64,000 bases of DNA, from positions 409,961 to 473,960 of the forward strand of contig WELA01002297.1 of assembly GCA_009602735.1 (NCBI GenBank). The letters are read 5' to 3'. Under the pieces are notes generated by a model that was not told the origin of the DNA, ran no database searches, and was given only the letters and a program-made list of their open reading frames with translations. Origin of the DNA: Mesotaenium endlicherianum (taxonomy: Eukaryota). Every line of letters starts with the position of its first letter. Positions within the stretch are counted from its first letter, which is position 1. The position numbers were made by a program, and so were the translations under genes. Positions 22,855 through 36,200 of the stretch are shown here, one piece after another.

Positions 22855-25249
22855 CTAGTAACTAGTCGCTCTTGGCCTTCTTCTTCCTAGAGCTGAAACA
22901 CTAGGTCGCTCCTCCACCTCCTCTTCCTCTACCTCCTCTTGCTCTACCTTCATCTCCTCTTCCTCACTCAACGAGGCATGCATGGCAAGATTGAGACCCT
23001 CCTCTTCGGGTGTTTCTAAGAACTCTGCTTCTTCAACCCATGGAGTGACGCCGACACTTGGTCCAAGAAAGTCCAAACTCTTCTCCTGAAGTCTCAACAT
23101 AGAATGCACGTACACCAACTTCTTTGCTCTAGTAGGGAGCAGCCTATTGCGAAGTGGACTATGAACAAACCCGTACTCAGACCAATTTCTCTCACATGCA
23201 GCTGCTGAACCAGATTGCGACAATATTCTCATAGCAAGAAGTTGAAGATTAGGACAACGACTGCCGTATGTTTCCCACCACTTGTGAGTAGGCATCATGG
23301 TCTTATTAGCCTTGCAAACATCATCGTCAAAAATGTCACCGCTCTGCCGGTAGAGGGCCAACTCTCAATTCACCAACGCTCGGTCAAGCACACTTCCTCC
23401 GACAAGGGTATTTCGCACGTCGAACCAATCGATTAGTAGACACTTCTCAACTGCCCAAGACTCATGGTCTTGGAACTCGGGGTCCAGATAGTAGCCTGTA
23501 GCCAAACAAAGTCAAGAAGCAAACTCAATATATGACAACACAATGCACTTCACAAGAAAGAGAGCAATAACAATAGCAAGCACAATAATAAGAACAATGA
23601 CCAACACACAGTAACAAGCATGCAAGAGAACAACAGCTGCCGAGCAAGAAAGGTGAGCAACGTCAAAGTCGACTTTTACCCGCAGAATGTAGGGGGCTGT
23701 GAAGCTGGTCCCAGCGAGCCTTCACGTCCTTCTTAACTTGGGTTCTTTGTGCCGGTTTGAGTCCTTCAACCTCAAGCACATGCTCTTTAATGGCACTCAT
23801 GCGAGCCCAGATCTTCCCAAGAGAAGGTTGTGGACAGTTGACTAGTCGAACGAGAACTACAATTGGCTCACACATGCTTATCCATACCTTCACTCGCTCC
23901 CTAAGTTCATCGTCACGAACTAGGTCTCTAATGTTTGTAGCCTTGCCTAAACAATCGTTCATGGCCGCCCACTCAAGCCACCTACTGTCAGAGACCATAG
24001 CTTGTAAGGTATCCCTCACAACGATGAGTCTTTGCAAGCAAAGGAAGTTACTCGCAAACCTTGTGGGTCCTGGCTTCAACAACTCTAGTTTATTTTTTAG
24101 CCTTGCCCCATGCTCGCGGTAAAGAGCGTGAGGCATGTGGTGGTTTGCAACAAACTGGACCAAGTGCTTGAAGCTATGGATTATGCCCTCTAGCTCTTTT
24201 ATCTTTCCTAGGTCTTTCAACAGTAGGTCCAAAATATGAGCAGCACAAGGCGTCCAATATATGTGCGGGTGCTTCTCGCAAACCACATTACAACCAATTA
24301 CAATGTTAGCTGCAGAGTCTGTGCAAAGCTGTACGACATGATCAGCCCCTACCTTCTCCACGGCCTCAAGCAGGTGATTACCAATGTAATCACCTGTCTT
24401 CCTAGCACCCTCAGTATTGATAGCATCCATGAACATCTCAGTGCCTCCCACAACCATAAGCACGTTAAGAAGAGGATGCCCGCATGGATTGGTCCACCCA
24501 TCTGCTACAATGCTACAACCCGTCAATGGTAGTCCTTTTTTCTGTTTCTCCTCCCAAGCTTCTATCTTCAAGACCTCTTTATCTAGTAGGGTACTTCCGA
24601 GAGGCTTATCCTTCATAGGGACATACACTAAACCAGTTTCCTGAGTGTACTTACTGACAGCAACCAACATGTCCCTAAAGAACTCACTGCGAGCAACATT
24701 GAATGATGAACCAGTACCATAGAAGAAGCGAGCGACAATCTCATGGACATTCTTAGCATTCATCTTTTGGAACATGTCACTTAGAGAGGTCTGCCCTGTC
24801 TCCCTGCCTAAGGAAAGGGACCCCCCAACACTTGCACATGCTGAGCCACTAGCACCAGTACCCCATTCATGCACACGCTTTCGTGCAGCTTGTATGGTAC
24901 TCTTCCTACGTCGCGTTCCTAATAGAGAACTAGCCATACCCTTGCTACGGCTAATCATGAGATCTAGAACTTCATCGGGAACCTCCTCACACTGACTAAC
25001 ATCCTTACAGCCTCCCGTGAAATGGCCACGAATCCGCGTGACTCCACCGGTAAACTCCCTGGGACAGTAGTTGCACTTCACCTTTGGAGATGAACTCTTG
25101 GACTTGGCTTCCACAACGATGGTCACATGGCCCCACTCTGGACCAGACCTTGCAGCAACTGCTCTAGGGGGCAAACGAGCGGTCAAAGCTCCAGTGAATA
25201 CCCTCATTCCAGAAAGCGTTGCTCCGGACGAAGTGGATGGTAGAGACAT
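22855..25249 (-). pseudogene. hAT transposase, exons 25249-23680 and 23495-22855, one in-frame TGA at 23367-23365
   Basis: BED-like CNYC...H...C; IVADGW; CTDSA; CAAH; spliced LHSAGYYLDPEF; ACERNWS; acidic tail. Confidence 0.92.
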
Positions 25250-25369
25250 GATACGCGTGAAACCTGCAATAACGGAGAACAGCAACCAGTAAGAGACAAA
25301 AGAATATGCAAGTCAAACAAGCAAAAGAGAAACAATAGGCAAGCAAGAGAGCAGGAAGCCCCAACAAAA

Positions 25370-26030
25370 GCAAGCAAGGGGCTGGCAGCCCGCCCCCACT
25401 AAAACCCTAAATAGCAACCAAAGGCAAGCTAGCCCGCCCCGATTAAAACCCTAAGACAGCAAGCAAGGGACTGGCAGCCAGCCCTGACAAAAGCAAGCAA
25501 GGGGCTGACAACCAGCCCTGACAAGACTGAAAAGCAAGTTCGGGACTAACAGCCAGCCCCGACAAAACTATGCAAGGCGCTGGAAGCCCGCCCTCACTAA
25601 AATTCTAAACAGCAAGCAAAGGCAAGCCAGCCCGCCCGGACTAAAATCCTAAGAGAGCAAGCAAGGGGCTGACAACCAGCCTCGACAAAACTCAAAAGCA
25701 AGCTCGGTGCTAACAGCCAGCCCCGACAAAACTAAGCAAGGCGCTGACAGCCCGCCCCCACTAAAACCCTAAACAGCAAGCAAAGGCAAACCAGCCCGCC
25801 CCGACTATAACCCTAAGACAGCAGGCAAGGGATTGGCAGCCAGCCCTGACAAAAGCAAGCAAGGGACTGACAACCAGCCCCGACAAGACTCAACAGCAAG
25901 CTTGGGGCTAACAGCCAAACCCACAAAACCAAGCAAGGGGCTAGCAGCTCGCCCTGACAAGAGCATGCAAGGGGCTGCTGCAGCAAAGCAGCAGCCAGCC
26001 CGCCCCGTCCAAAGCATGCAAGGGGCGGCT
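25370..26030. repeat. Tandem repeat array inside hAT (GCAAGGGGCTG...CCAGCCCCGACAAAA and CTAAAACCCTAA variants)
   Basis: Repeated ~35-40-bp units visible. Confidence 0.85.
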
Positions 26031-27169
26031 GCAGCACAAAAGACAAACTACCCCGACCAAAGCAAGAGAAAATACGCAGGGGAGGGAGACGCAGGGGAGG
26101 GGGGGGGGGCCAGAATCACTTGTTCGAGATTGGCTGCGTGTGGATTGGCGCAAGGCCTGCCGACTTGCTCGTTTTGAACTTGGGCTGCTTCACACATAAG
26201 AGAAGGGACAATGTGGACACATGTAAGATAGACAACAGTACACTAGCAAGGGCACGGTGCTGCAGCCAGACAGCCCCAACCAAAACAAGCAAGGGGCAAC
26301 CGTAGCACTGCAGCAGCCAGACAGCATGCCAGACAGCCCCACTTAAAAAAGCAAGGGGCGAGCGGACGCCACTACCAGTAAGAACAGGGCAAAGAGGGAG
26401 AAGGGAGAAAGAGAAGGGCATGGCACTTGATGCGCGTGTCGGAAGACGTGTGTGCACCAATGAGGGGTGAGTCTGGTAGCTTCTTTTTCACGCCTTCCTC
26501 ACTAACACAAGACACACAGAAGGGCATAGAGCCGTCAAAACAGCAGCAGCAACCCCAATCAAGCAAGAAAGGGGCAAGCTGCTGCAGCACCACAGCAGCC
26601 AGACAGCATGCACCAGACAGCATGCAAAGGGCGGCTGTTGCACAGCAGCAGCCAGACAGCAGGGCGGCAACCAGCCCCACCAACAGCGAATAAGGGGCTG
26701 GCAGCCAATCCTAACACAAGCAAGCAAGGGGCTGGCAGCCAGCCCCCACAGAAGAAAGCAAGGGGCTGGCAACCAGCCCCGACCACAGCAAACAAGGGGC
26801 CAAGAGAGAACGGGAAAGAGGAAGGCGGATTAAGGTACCTGTCTACATGTCAATGTTGCTCACGCGTCAATGGGCACACGTGGGGTAGGCACAAAGGGGG
26901 TCTACTCGCTCCTTATTGTCTTGCCCTGCTTCATAAAAGACAAAAAAGGAAAAGTTGTAAAAAGATGCAACAGACAGCTAGCCCTAATCTACAGGACACA
27001 AACATGCAAGCACAAGGGAGAAAGCCCACAATCAGTAGAACAACGAGTGTGCAATGGGTGCACAAAAACAGCAGCCGAGTTAGAACAGGAAGGAAGCAAG
27101 AATGAACAACACAGGCACAGCAGGTTGCAGATAGAGCTGGTGCAAATGTGGACTAAAATCTCAAATTGT

Positions 27170-27945
27170 AAGCAAGGGGATGCCAGCCAGCCCCGTGAAA
27201 ATCGAGCAAAGGGCTGGCAGCCCATCCCCACTAAAACCCTGAAACAGCAAGCAAGGGGTTGGCTGCCAGCCTCGACAGAAGCAAGCAAAGGGGCACAACA
27301 GCAGCCAGCCCTAATAAAAACCTTGACTTAACAAGCAAAAGGCTAGCAACCCACCCCGACTTAAACCCATTGCAAGCAAGGGGCTAGCAGCCAGTCCCGA
27401 CAAAAGCAAGCAAGGGGCACAACAACAGCCAGCCCCGACAATAATCCTAAACCAGCAACAGGGGCTGGCAGCCAGCACCCCAAAAAGCAAGCAAGGGGCT
27501 GGCAGCCAGCCCCGACACAAGGAAGCAAGGGGCTGGCAACCAACCCCGACACAGGAAAGCAAAGGACTGGCAGCCAGCCCCGACACAAGAAAGCAAGGGG
27601 CTGGTTGCCAGCCCTAACAAAAGCACGCAAGGGGCGGGCAGCCAGCCCCCTTAAGAGCAAGCAAGGGGCTGGTTGCCAGCCCCCCAAAAGCAAGCAAGGG
27701 GCTGGCAGCCAGCCCCAACACAAGCAATGAAGGGGCTGGTTGCCAGCCCCGACACAATGAAGCAAGGGGCTGGCAGCCAGCCTCGACACAGGCAAGCAAG
27801 GGGCTGGCTGCCAGCCCCGACACAGGCAAGCAAGGGGCTGGTTGTCAGCCCCAACAAAAGGACCGAGGGGCTGGCAGCCAGGCCCCCTAAGAGCAAGCAA
27901 GGGGCTGGCAGCCAGCCCCAACAATAGCAAGCAAGGGGCTGGTCG
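27170..27945. repeat. Tandem ~35-bp repeat array inside hAT
   Basis: About 20 units of GCAAGCAAGGGGCTGGCAGCCAGCCCC. Confidence 0.9.
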
Positions 27946-28232
27946 CAAAGAGAGCAAAAGGGGATGGACGCACCTGAGAGATGTTGGTGGTGAGGCGCGT
28001 GAGCGTGAAGACGGCGCCACCTTGTAATACAGAACGGGCTTGAATCACGCCATCCACTCCAGCTTCATCCCGTCCGCTGCTGGCCTGGATGTGTTACAGC
28101 CTGAGGGGAGAGAGCAGCCGACAACAAAAGGGCAGCTTAGATCAACCTGTGGAAAAAGCAAATGCAGCTTGTGGAGGCAAGGAGCAGCTACCGCTTGCAG
28201 ACGAGCTGCGCCTATGCCTATGCCCTCCAAAG

Positions 28233-28323
<91 letters not shown>

Positions 28324-28324
28324 N
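28233..28324. repeat. Poly-C run ending in N (possible sequencing or assembly artefact)
   Basis: About 90 consecutive C followed by n. Confidence 0.8.
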
Positions 28325-31300
28325 GCAAGAACATACCTGAATGTTGAAGTTCAATGGCAAGGCAGGGAGAACAATCGCTGTCGTAGCCTTATAACTTCTT
28401 CTAAACCCTTGTACATGCTGAAATAAGAAATAAAATAATAGCAGAACCGTTAGGCTTGCCTAGTAGCAATCACACATGCTAGATATGTCCCCAAACACAA
28501 TCTTTACATAATGTGGATTTGCTAAATACGAACCTAGCAGGCCATTGAAGAAGAACAGGTCTCTTGAGGAATCTGAAGAAAGGAGGGACAGAGAGATATG
28601 GGGGAACTTCTCCACCTTAAAAAATAGTCGTCGATACCAGGTGCAACCAGCCACAGCCTCGTGTGAGGTTCCTTGAATACACGCGAAGGGACAATGTGAG
28701 ACATAGTAAGCACAATGTACAGGATCAACAACAGAGAGAGGACGTGAATGAATAACATGTAGCAACTGGTATCATACAAAATGCAAGGTTTCATGGAAGA
28801 AACCTTATTATAGTGTACAAAGAGGAATGCAAGGCAGCAAGGTCCTAAATGCGAAAGTAAGAAAACTTACGATAAATAGCAGGTGCAAAATGCAAAGAAA
28901 GGCGCTAGAAGTCTCTTAAGTAAGCTCCACGAAATTGGCCAAAAGGATTGTAGCTTGTAAGATGTGCAGCAACTCAAGCAGATGCACGTTCAAGAGTTAG
29001 AGGCCAAAATTGAAATGGCTGGTGGCCAAAATATTGGTGAAAAGGCTAGTGACTTTTTTTTAGTTCCCGCCGTTGCTCCACAAACCTGTCAAGATGCACT
29101 TGGTAGTTTGAATCCCGTCGATCGACAATGTATGCAAAGTCACGAGTGAAACAGAGCGTGCGGTGGCGGACGTGAAGGTGTCAAAACGATGCTGGGCGGC
29201 ACGCACGAATAAAAAGTTAATCGTACACTTAGTACGAGCGTACCGATGCAGTACGCTTATTTAAGCGTACGAAGGTTGGCCAGTACGGCGTACGGCGTAA
29301 CCCTGCAAATAACCCTCTGGCAGCAGGTGGTCATCAAGACCACATGTGAATAAATAGCCGCAAAAGAAAGGGCAGGTATGGGCAACCAAATGCAGCTAAG
29401 AAATAACACAAGCATGCATGGGTGGAAGGCAATGAACAAAAAACAAAGAGCCGCCTTCCAAAGATAGAGGAGAGAAGGGGAGGAGGGGAGGAAGGGAGGG
29501 ACATCAAACCTGATGCACTTGTGAGGAGACAGACACGTTGATAAGGCTCAGCGTGCCTGACACAGACACAAAGACAAGGAGGCAAAAACAGGGACGCAGC
29601 TATAACATGAGCAGGAGGTAGCAGAGCAGGTAGCAAAGCGGACAAGAGAAAAACGTAGAAACACAGCATACAAATTGGGCCCAGGGCACAACAAAACACA
29701 ACACAACCTTAAGTCCTTGTTGCCTATGCCTCTAGGGCCTCCCTTCTAGCATTTTCCACAAGTCTAGGTTTCATGCTACCATCTAGATCTGACCTTGTCA
29801 AATCCGCAAATAGGCCCAGTGGCGGTATGAATGTCCGGCCACTTTCTTCTGTCGACGTCCCTGAAAGTACGTCAAGTAAAAATGTTGAATAGAATGTAAG
29901 CAAAAGAGTAAACGGGCGAGGATGAACTTGAGTGACATTTGAGAATCTGCTAGAGCAACCACTACAATACAAATCTGAAATACTAAGCAGCATACAGAAG
30001 CAAGATAGAGCAGGTCATTGAGGCCATCTCAGTCGAGAATGTACATTACACATAAAAAAGCAAGCACATTAGAATCACAAAGTGAAGACAACATGGTGAC
30101 GCCTGCTACAGCAAGCAAGTGCATAGAGCAACAAAGTGATGGAGGTGAACGAAAGGCGAAAAATGCAACTTACAAGCTGAATGGTGCTGCAGAATGAACT
30201 GTAATGGGCAACTAAAGTGTTATGTAGGTAGCCCTCAGGCTTGACCTCAGAGGAATTGTGGCAGTGTACTTTGCAGCTAGTGAGGAAGATCCATGAGCAA
30301 AGTTTGCAGTTTCAAAACAATATCGGTGAACACCTTTTGGTAAAAGTTTGCAAAATTTGGAATTCCCGCCGTTGCTGCAGCAACCTGACATTATCGTACT
30401 TTCATCTCATTATCCCGTCGATCGACGCTATATTGAAACTCACACGTGAACTTTACCATACAATCTCGGACGTGAAGGCGTCAACGCGTTACTGGGCGGC
30501 GCGCACGAATAAAGAAATTTCGTACGCTTAGTACGTGCGTACTGACTCAGTACGCTAATTTAAGCGTACAAGAGTCGACCTGTACGGCGTACGGCGTAAC
30601 CCAGCTACACAATCCACACTAACTCCTCCCGGAGTTTCTAGAATTTCCACGATCACTTTGGAACTTTACGTAATCCTATGTAGTTTCCAAAATCCTCATG
30701 ATTCAATGTTCCACTTTCTGGACTCCAACCGAAATTTTTGTCACTGGACCTATCTTTGTCACTAAATTGAATCTGTGACGATAAAAACTCACTAAAAACT
30801 TCCGAAATTCATAACCTTCTCAATACTTGCCCAAATGACTTGAAATAAAGGCCAAAGTTCTTCTTGCATCACACTCTATGCATATAAAATGCTAGAAAGT
30901 CACAAAATACACTTTCATAACCTTACAGTGATGGCAGCGCCACTTACTGCTCTGACAAGGAAAGATAAGATGTTCATCTGAAATGAGAATACGCAGCATG
31001 CGTTTGAGCGCATTAAGTATGCACTCACAAATGCGTCAATCCTTTTATTGGTCGATCCCAACTTGCCTTACGAGGTAGTCTCCAATGCGTCCGATTATGG
31101 AATAGGGGCTGTGCTGTTGTAGGTAGGCAGACTTATATGTTTCGAAAGCTGACACCTACCGAACAAAATTTCTCAACGACTGAGAGCAAGAGTTCTGGGC
31201 AGTTATATACGCTTTGAAAATTTGGCGATGTTATTCGGAAGGCTATAAGGGTTTGACAGTGGTTACGGACCACTGCCCAAATACCCTCTTCCAAATCTAG

Positions 31301-32207
31301 CCAACGCTATCGAGGCGGCAGACGAGATGGTTTGAGTTCTTGCAACGATTCCACTTTAACTGGGCGTATCGCCCTGGTCGCAACAGTGTTGCGGACCCTC
31401 TAAGTCAAATTCCCCATCACCACTTGTGTAAGGACATAGGTTTATAAAGAGCATTTTTGAGTTTCATGAAAGTATGTTTTGATTGTATAGTAGGGTAGAG
31501 TGCATTTTTGTGGTCATTTTGATATAAAGTTCATTGAATTTGGTCAAGTATTGAGAGAGTTATGGATTACTGAAGTTTAATTAGTTTTGAGGTCGGTTGA
31601 CGACTGTCCTTAATTCGCGGTGAGCGCGACCGTCGGATTGACCGATAGCGTCGAGCGATCTGGCCCGTTAGAATGAACTCGAACCTTCACGTAAGTTCGG
31701 CTGACGCGGAGTGCCGACTAGGTCGATTTACCTAGAAGTTTCGGTTTAGCCTAGCGCATCTAAGATAGAATATTCTAGTAATGTCGATGCATGTATGTGG
31801 ACGTCAATTCGGCCCGACACGTCATATTAGACTGATCTGGCTTACTCACGAATATTTTGGAAGGGACAATTTGACGAACACTTAGGAAAATTCGTAGCTT
31901 CCTCCTAGAGAGGAGCACTTAGGCAGAAAATTATAAATAGGCATAACTTCTTTGTTTCTTATCAGTATTCACTTTTGTAAATTTGTACGGGTTGGTAATG
32001 ACAAGGCCTTTCATCCTAGTTTATTTTTGAGCAGTTTCTTGCTACTCAAAATGTCAAGTAATTTTCCTAAGCTTTGTTATTGATATGCCGCTGCACTCTT
32101 TCATATGATTGCAACTAGTTCATTTCCTCGTGAGTTACTACGCTTCCACTAGGGCACTCTGCCCTTTTCATCTGGTATCCGAGCAGGGCTAGTTTGCACA
32201 TTATATC

Positions 32208-33223
32208 ATGGAGTCGCAGTCGGTAACTGGAGGAGGCGAACATGTCGAGCATGTTGAGCGCGTAGAGCAGAGGGCACCATCTTTGTTAAGGGAGCAACAA
32301 GAGATGCAGGCGATGTTGAGGCAGATGGCAAAAACAATTGGAGGAGAAGTCTACACACAATTTGAACAAAATATGCGCCAGGAGGTGGAGAGAATGGTGC
32401 GGGTTGTTATGGGAAACGCCGCTTCGACGAGTTCGGCACCTACACCTGTTGTATCACCAATTCATGTTAACCGAGTGGTGCAACCAGTTATTCCAACCGC
32501 ATCAGGAGTGCGTGCGCCTAAGCCTGAAGTTCATACAGGAGAGCGTGGATTGCCGCCTGTTCATCAATGGATTTTTGGAGTGAAGAAATTTATGGAGTAA
32601 TCTGCGCTCACGCCCGACAAGCAAGTCGCCTTTGTCATAACTTTGCTGCAGAAGAGTGCTGGAGCTTGGTACGAACGAGAAGAGCAGCTGTCTGGAGTTC
32701 CTGCTACTGTTGATCAGCTCTTTGAAGGCTTGAAGAGGCAATTTCAACCTATTGCACCCGAGGCTACCGCTCGAGATCTATTGGTGTGCCTTCGTCAATG
32801 AGCAAGCGTTCAAGAGTATGTATTGCGCATCAACGAGCTGGAGCTTTAATGTCCATCCATGCACAAGTCGGAGATGATGGACAAGTTCAAGAGGGGACTC
32901 AAGCGAACTGTGGCCAAGGAAGTGGCGCTCAAGGACCCTACCAGTCTTGGAGAAATGATGGCATTGGCAACAAGGGTCGACGCCGTGGAGTATAGTCAGA
33001 GGCAGTGGGGCTGCCACAACTTTGGAGGATATCGACACTTTGGATCTCAAACGCCAAGCACAAGTGGACAAGGCCCACTACCTATGCAGTACCTTGTGTA
33101 GTACCAGCGCAGGCAGCAGAATCTTAAGCCAAGAGGACCCTGCTATAATTGCGGCAAGCTTGGACATCTGGCTCGAGACTGTTACGTGAAGGCGAAGCAA
33201 CCTCAACAGGAGGACGCCAGTAA
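32208..33223 (+). pseudogene. gag: Family B gag (disrupted), CCHC knuckle
   Basis: VRAPKPEVHTGE; DKFKRGLK; CYNCGKLGHLARDC from 33141; internal stops and frameshifts. Confidence 0.85.
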
Positions 33224-36200
33224 GTCGTTCTGGAGTGTCTACTGGCGTGAAGACAAGAACTCACAAGGAGGTTATCTCCAGGAGCCTGCCGAGAAGCGAA
33301 AGACGAGATGTTGACAAGCCTATCATCGTTGAAGGAGTGGTCGACGGCAACAAAGCGAAGTGTATGGTCGACAGTGGCGCAAGTGCAAACTTTGTGCACA
33401 AGAAGCTGGTGAAACAGTGGCGAATCCCTGTACAGAGGCACTATGAGCCTAAGGAGGCAATTTTGGCGAATGGGCAGAGACTCAAGTGTGGTGCACCTAC
33501 GGAAGCTATTCACGTGGAAGTAGCAGGGCACCAATGTACTGAAGTTATGGAGCAGGCAGAGTTAGGTCGCCATGAGATGATATTGGGCCGACCATGGCTA
33601 AGAAATGCCAACCCTCAAGTGCACTGGAGCACAGGACGAGTGAAAGTCCAAGGGCGTGATGGTCGAATGAAGACAGCGAAACAGGTGGAGGTAGATACGA
33701 CCACAAGTAACTGTCTTCTGTTGAGACTGCAAGTTAAGAAGCTATGCAGGGCGAATCGGGTGAATGAGATGTACCTTGTTTCGGTGGCCCTGGCCAGGTC
33801 AACAGATGGAGCAAGCGTAAATCCTAACAGCCTGGGCGAATGTACATCGCCGGAGGAGCAAGTAGTGGTGTCTGATCCCCTTGCTCAGAAGGAGCAGAGC
33901 CCAATTGCTCAAGAGAAGAAGCCAGCTGAGATGCCTGCCCAAATTAAGGCGCTGTTGGAGGAGTTCAAGTGCGTATTTCTTGAGGAGCTACCTGCAGGAT
34001 TACCTCCACAGAAAGCTATGAAGCACAAGATCGAGTTGGAACCAGGGAGCAAGCCACCAGTGAGACCCGCCTATCGTCAATCGTTTGCGGAGTTGGACGA
34101 GTTGATGAAGAAGCAGCTGACAGAGTTGTTGGAGAAGGGATTCATCCGACCCAGCGAGTCTCCATTTGCAGCGCCAGTTCTTATTTGTGAAGAAGAAGGA
34201 TGGGACTATGAAGATGTGCGTCGACTACCGGGCTCTCAACAAGGTCACCATCAAGAACAGGTACCCACTTCCACGAGTGGACGAGTTGATTGACAGGCTT
34301 GTCGGGGCGAAGTATTTCTCAAAGATCGATTTGAGGAGTGGCTATCACCAGGTACGAATTGCGGAANGGAGATGTTCAGAAGACTGCTTTCAGAACTCGC
34401 TATGGTTTGTTCGAGTTCACAGTCATGCCTTTTGGGTTGACTAATGCACCTGCTACATTCATGGGACTCATGAATAGTATCTTCAGACCCTACTTGGACC
34501 AGTTTGTGGTGGTATTTTTGGACGACATCCTAATCTATTTGAAGACCTTGGAAGAGCATGTGGAGCATCTGAGAAAGGTGTTGGAGGTCGTGAGGGATTA
34601 AAAGTTATATGGGAAGATGAGCAAGTGCGACTTCTGTCTCAAGGAAGTCGAGTTTCTTGGACACATAGTGGGAGCTGAAGGAGTCAAGGTGGAACAGAGG
34701 AAGGTGCAAGCAGTCAGAGATCGGCCGGTGCCTGCTGATATTCATCAACTCAGGAGTTTCCTCGGCATGGCAAATTATTATCGACGTTTTATTGAAGGAT
34801 TTGCCAAGGTGTGTGCACCGCTCACGGACATGTTGGAGAAGCAGGAGAAGTGGCTATGGGGTGACAAGGAGCAGCATGCTTTTGAGAAGATTAAGAAGCT
34901 GCTGACACAGGCACCTGTGTTGGCAATTGCAAGTCCAAAGCTTCCTTTCACCATCATCACGGACGCATCAAATTTTGTAGGGGGAGCCATCCTTCTCCAG
35001 GACCAGAGCAAAGGATTGCAGCCTGTGGCATATGAGAGCAGGAAGTTGAGTCCTGCTGAGCAAAAGTATGCAGCACACGAGCGGGAGACGTTGGCTATTA
35101 TTCAGGCTTTTAGGATTTGGCGATGTTATGTGGACGGTCGGAAAGGTGTTCATCAAGACCGACCACAAGAGCTTGGAGAAGTTTATGATGCAACCAACGT
35201 TGACACCAAGACAGGCAAGGTGGATGGAGTTTCTGCAACAGTTCGACCACAAGATTGAGTACTTACCTGGGAAGATCAACCCTGCAGACGCTTTATCTAG
35301 GAGGTGTGACCTTGCAGCTGTCTCAGTCATCAAGGAGAACATGGACTTCAAGGAGAAGCTTCAAAGAGGTTATGAGGAGGACCGAGAGTTTGCTGATGGT
35401 GGAGCAGCTGAGTTCAACTCGAGTATGCAGAAGAAGGACGACATATGGTATTATGGTGATTCCAACAGAGTGGTGGTACCTGACATCAAGGAGCTACGAG
35501 ACTTACTACTTGCGGAGCATCATGACTGCTTATATGCTGGACACTTTGGAAGCGAGAAGACGGCAAGCGTGCTGAAGCGGGAATACTACTGGAGAAATAT
35601 GGACAAGGACATCGAGGAGTGGATCAGGAGTTGCGATGCGTGCCAGAGAAACAAAACACCAAATCAAAAGAAGGGAGGTACATTGCAGCCCCTGCCTATT
35701 CCGGAGTGTCCTTGGGAGCAGATTGCCATGGACTTCATCACATCCTTACCAGTGAGTGGTCAAGGGCACGATGCAGTATGGGTTGTGTCTGACAGACTCA
35801 GCAAGATGGCTCACTTCATTCCATGAAGGAGACTTCTACGGCAGCGGATGTGGCACGGCTATTCTTTGATCATATTTTCAGGCTACATGGGTTGCCGAAG
35901 GTGATTGTTTCAGATCGGGATCCAAGGTTTACTAGCAACTTTTGGCGGTCATTGTCTACTTTGATGGGGACCAAGTTTAGTATGAGCACTTTCTATCATC
36001 CTCAGACAGACGGGCAGAGTGAGAGGCTCAACAGAACTCTGCAAGAGATGCTCAAGAGTTTCACTATGGAGGACCCTTCAGAGTGGGACAAGAAGCTGCA
36101 AGGATTGGAGTTTGCCTACAACAACAGCATGCAGGGATCCACCAAGCACTCACCATTCGCTATGGTTTATGGGCAAGAAGTATATCATCCAGGGAACATC

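Larger units (their letters stand above)
21643..29305 (-). mobile_element. Complete hAT transposon with TIRs and 8-bp TSD
   Basis: CAGGGTTATGCCGTACG at 21643 and CGTACGGCGTAACCCTG ending 29305; flanks CAATTAAC (21635-21642) and CAAATAAC (29306-29313), 7/8 identical. Confidence 0.92.
20326..30604 (-). mobile_element. 5' part of a divergent hAT-family relative that hosts the complete hAT copy
   Basis: 30400-30604 is homologous to the 5' ends at 2290-2491 and 29100-29305, ending CGGCGTAACCCAG. 20330-20440 has the same CAGCCAGCC repeats. Confidence 0.65.

Noticed and set aside
25390..25815. AAACCCTAA motifs as interstitial telomere
   Set aside because: Isolated single units inside the hAT repeat array, not a tandem telomeric tract.
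27170..27945. Repeat-spacer look resembling a CRISPR array
   Set aside because: Intervening sequences are short and related to each other; eukaryotic transposon context; no cas genes.
28040..28426. Poly-Pro or poly-Gly ORFs
   Set aside because: They derive from a poly-C run ending in N, probably an artefact.
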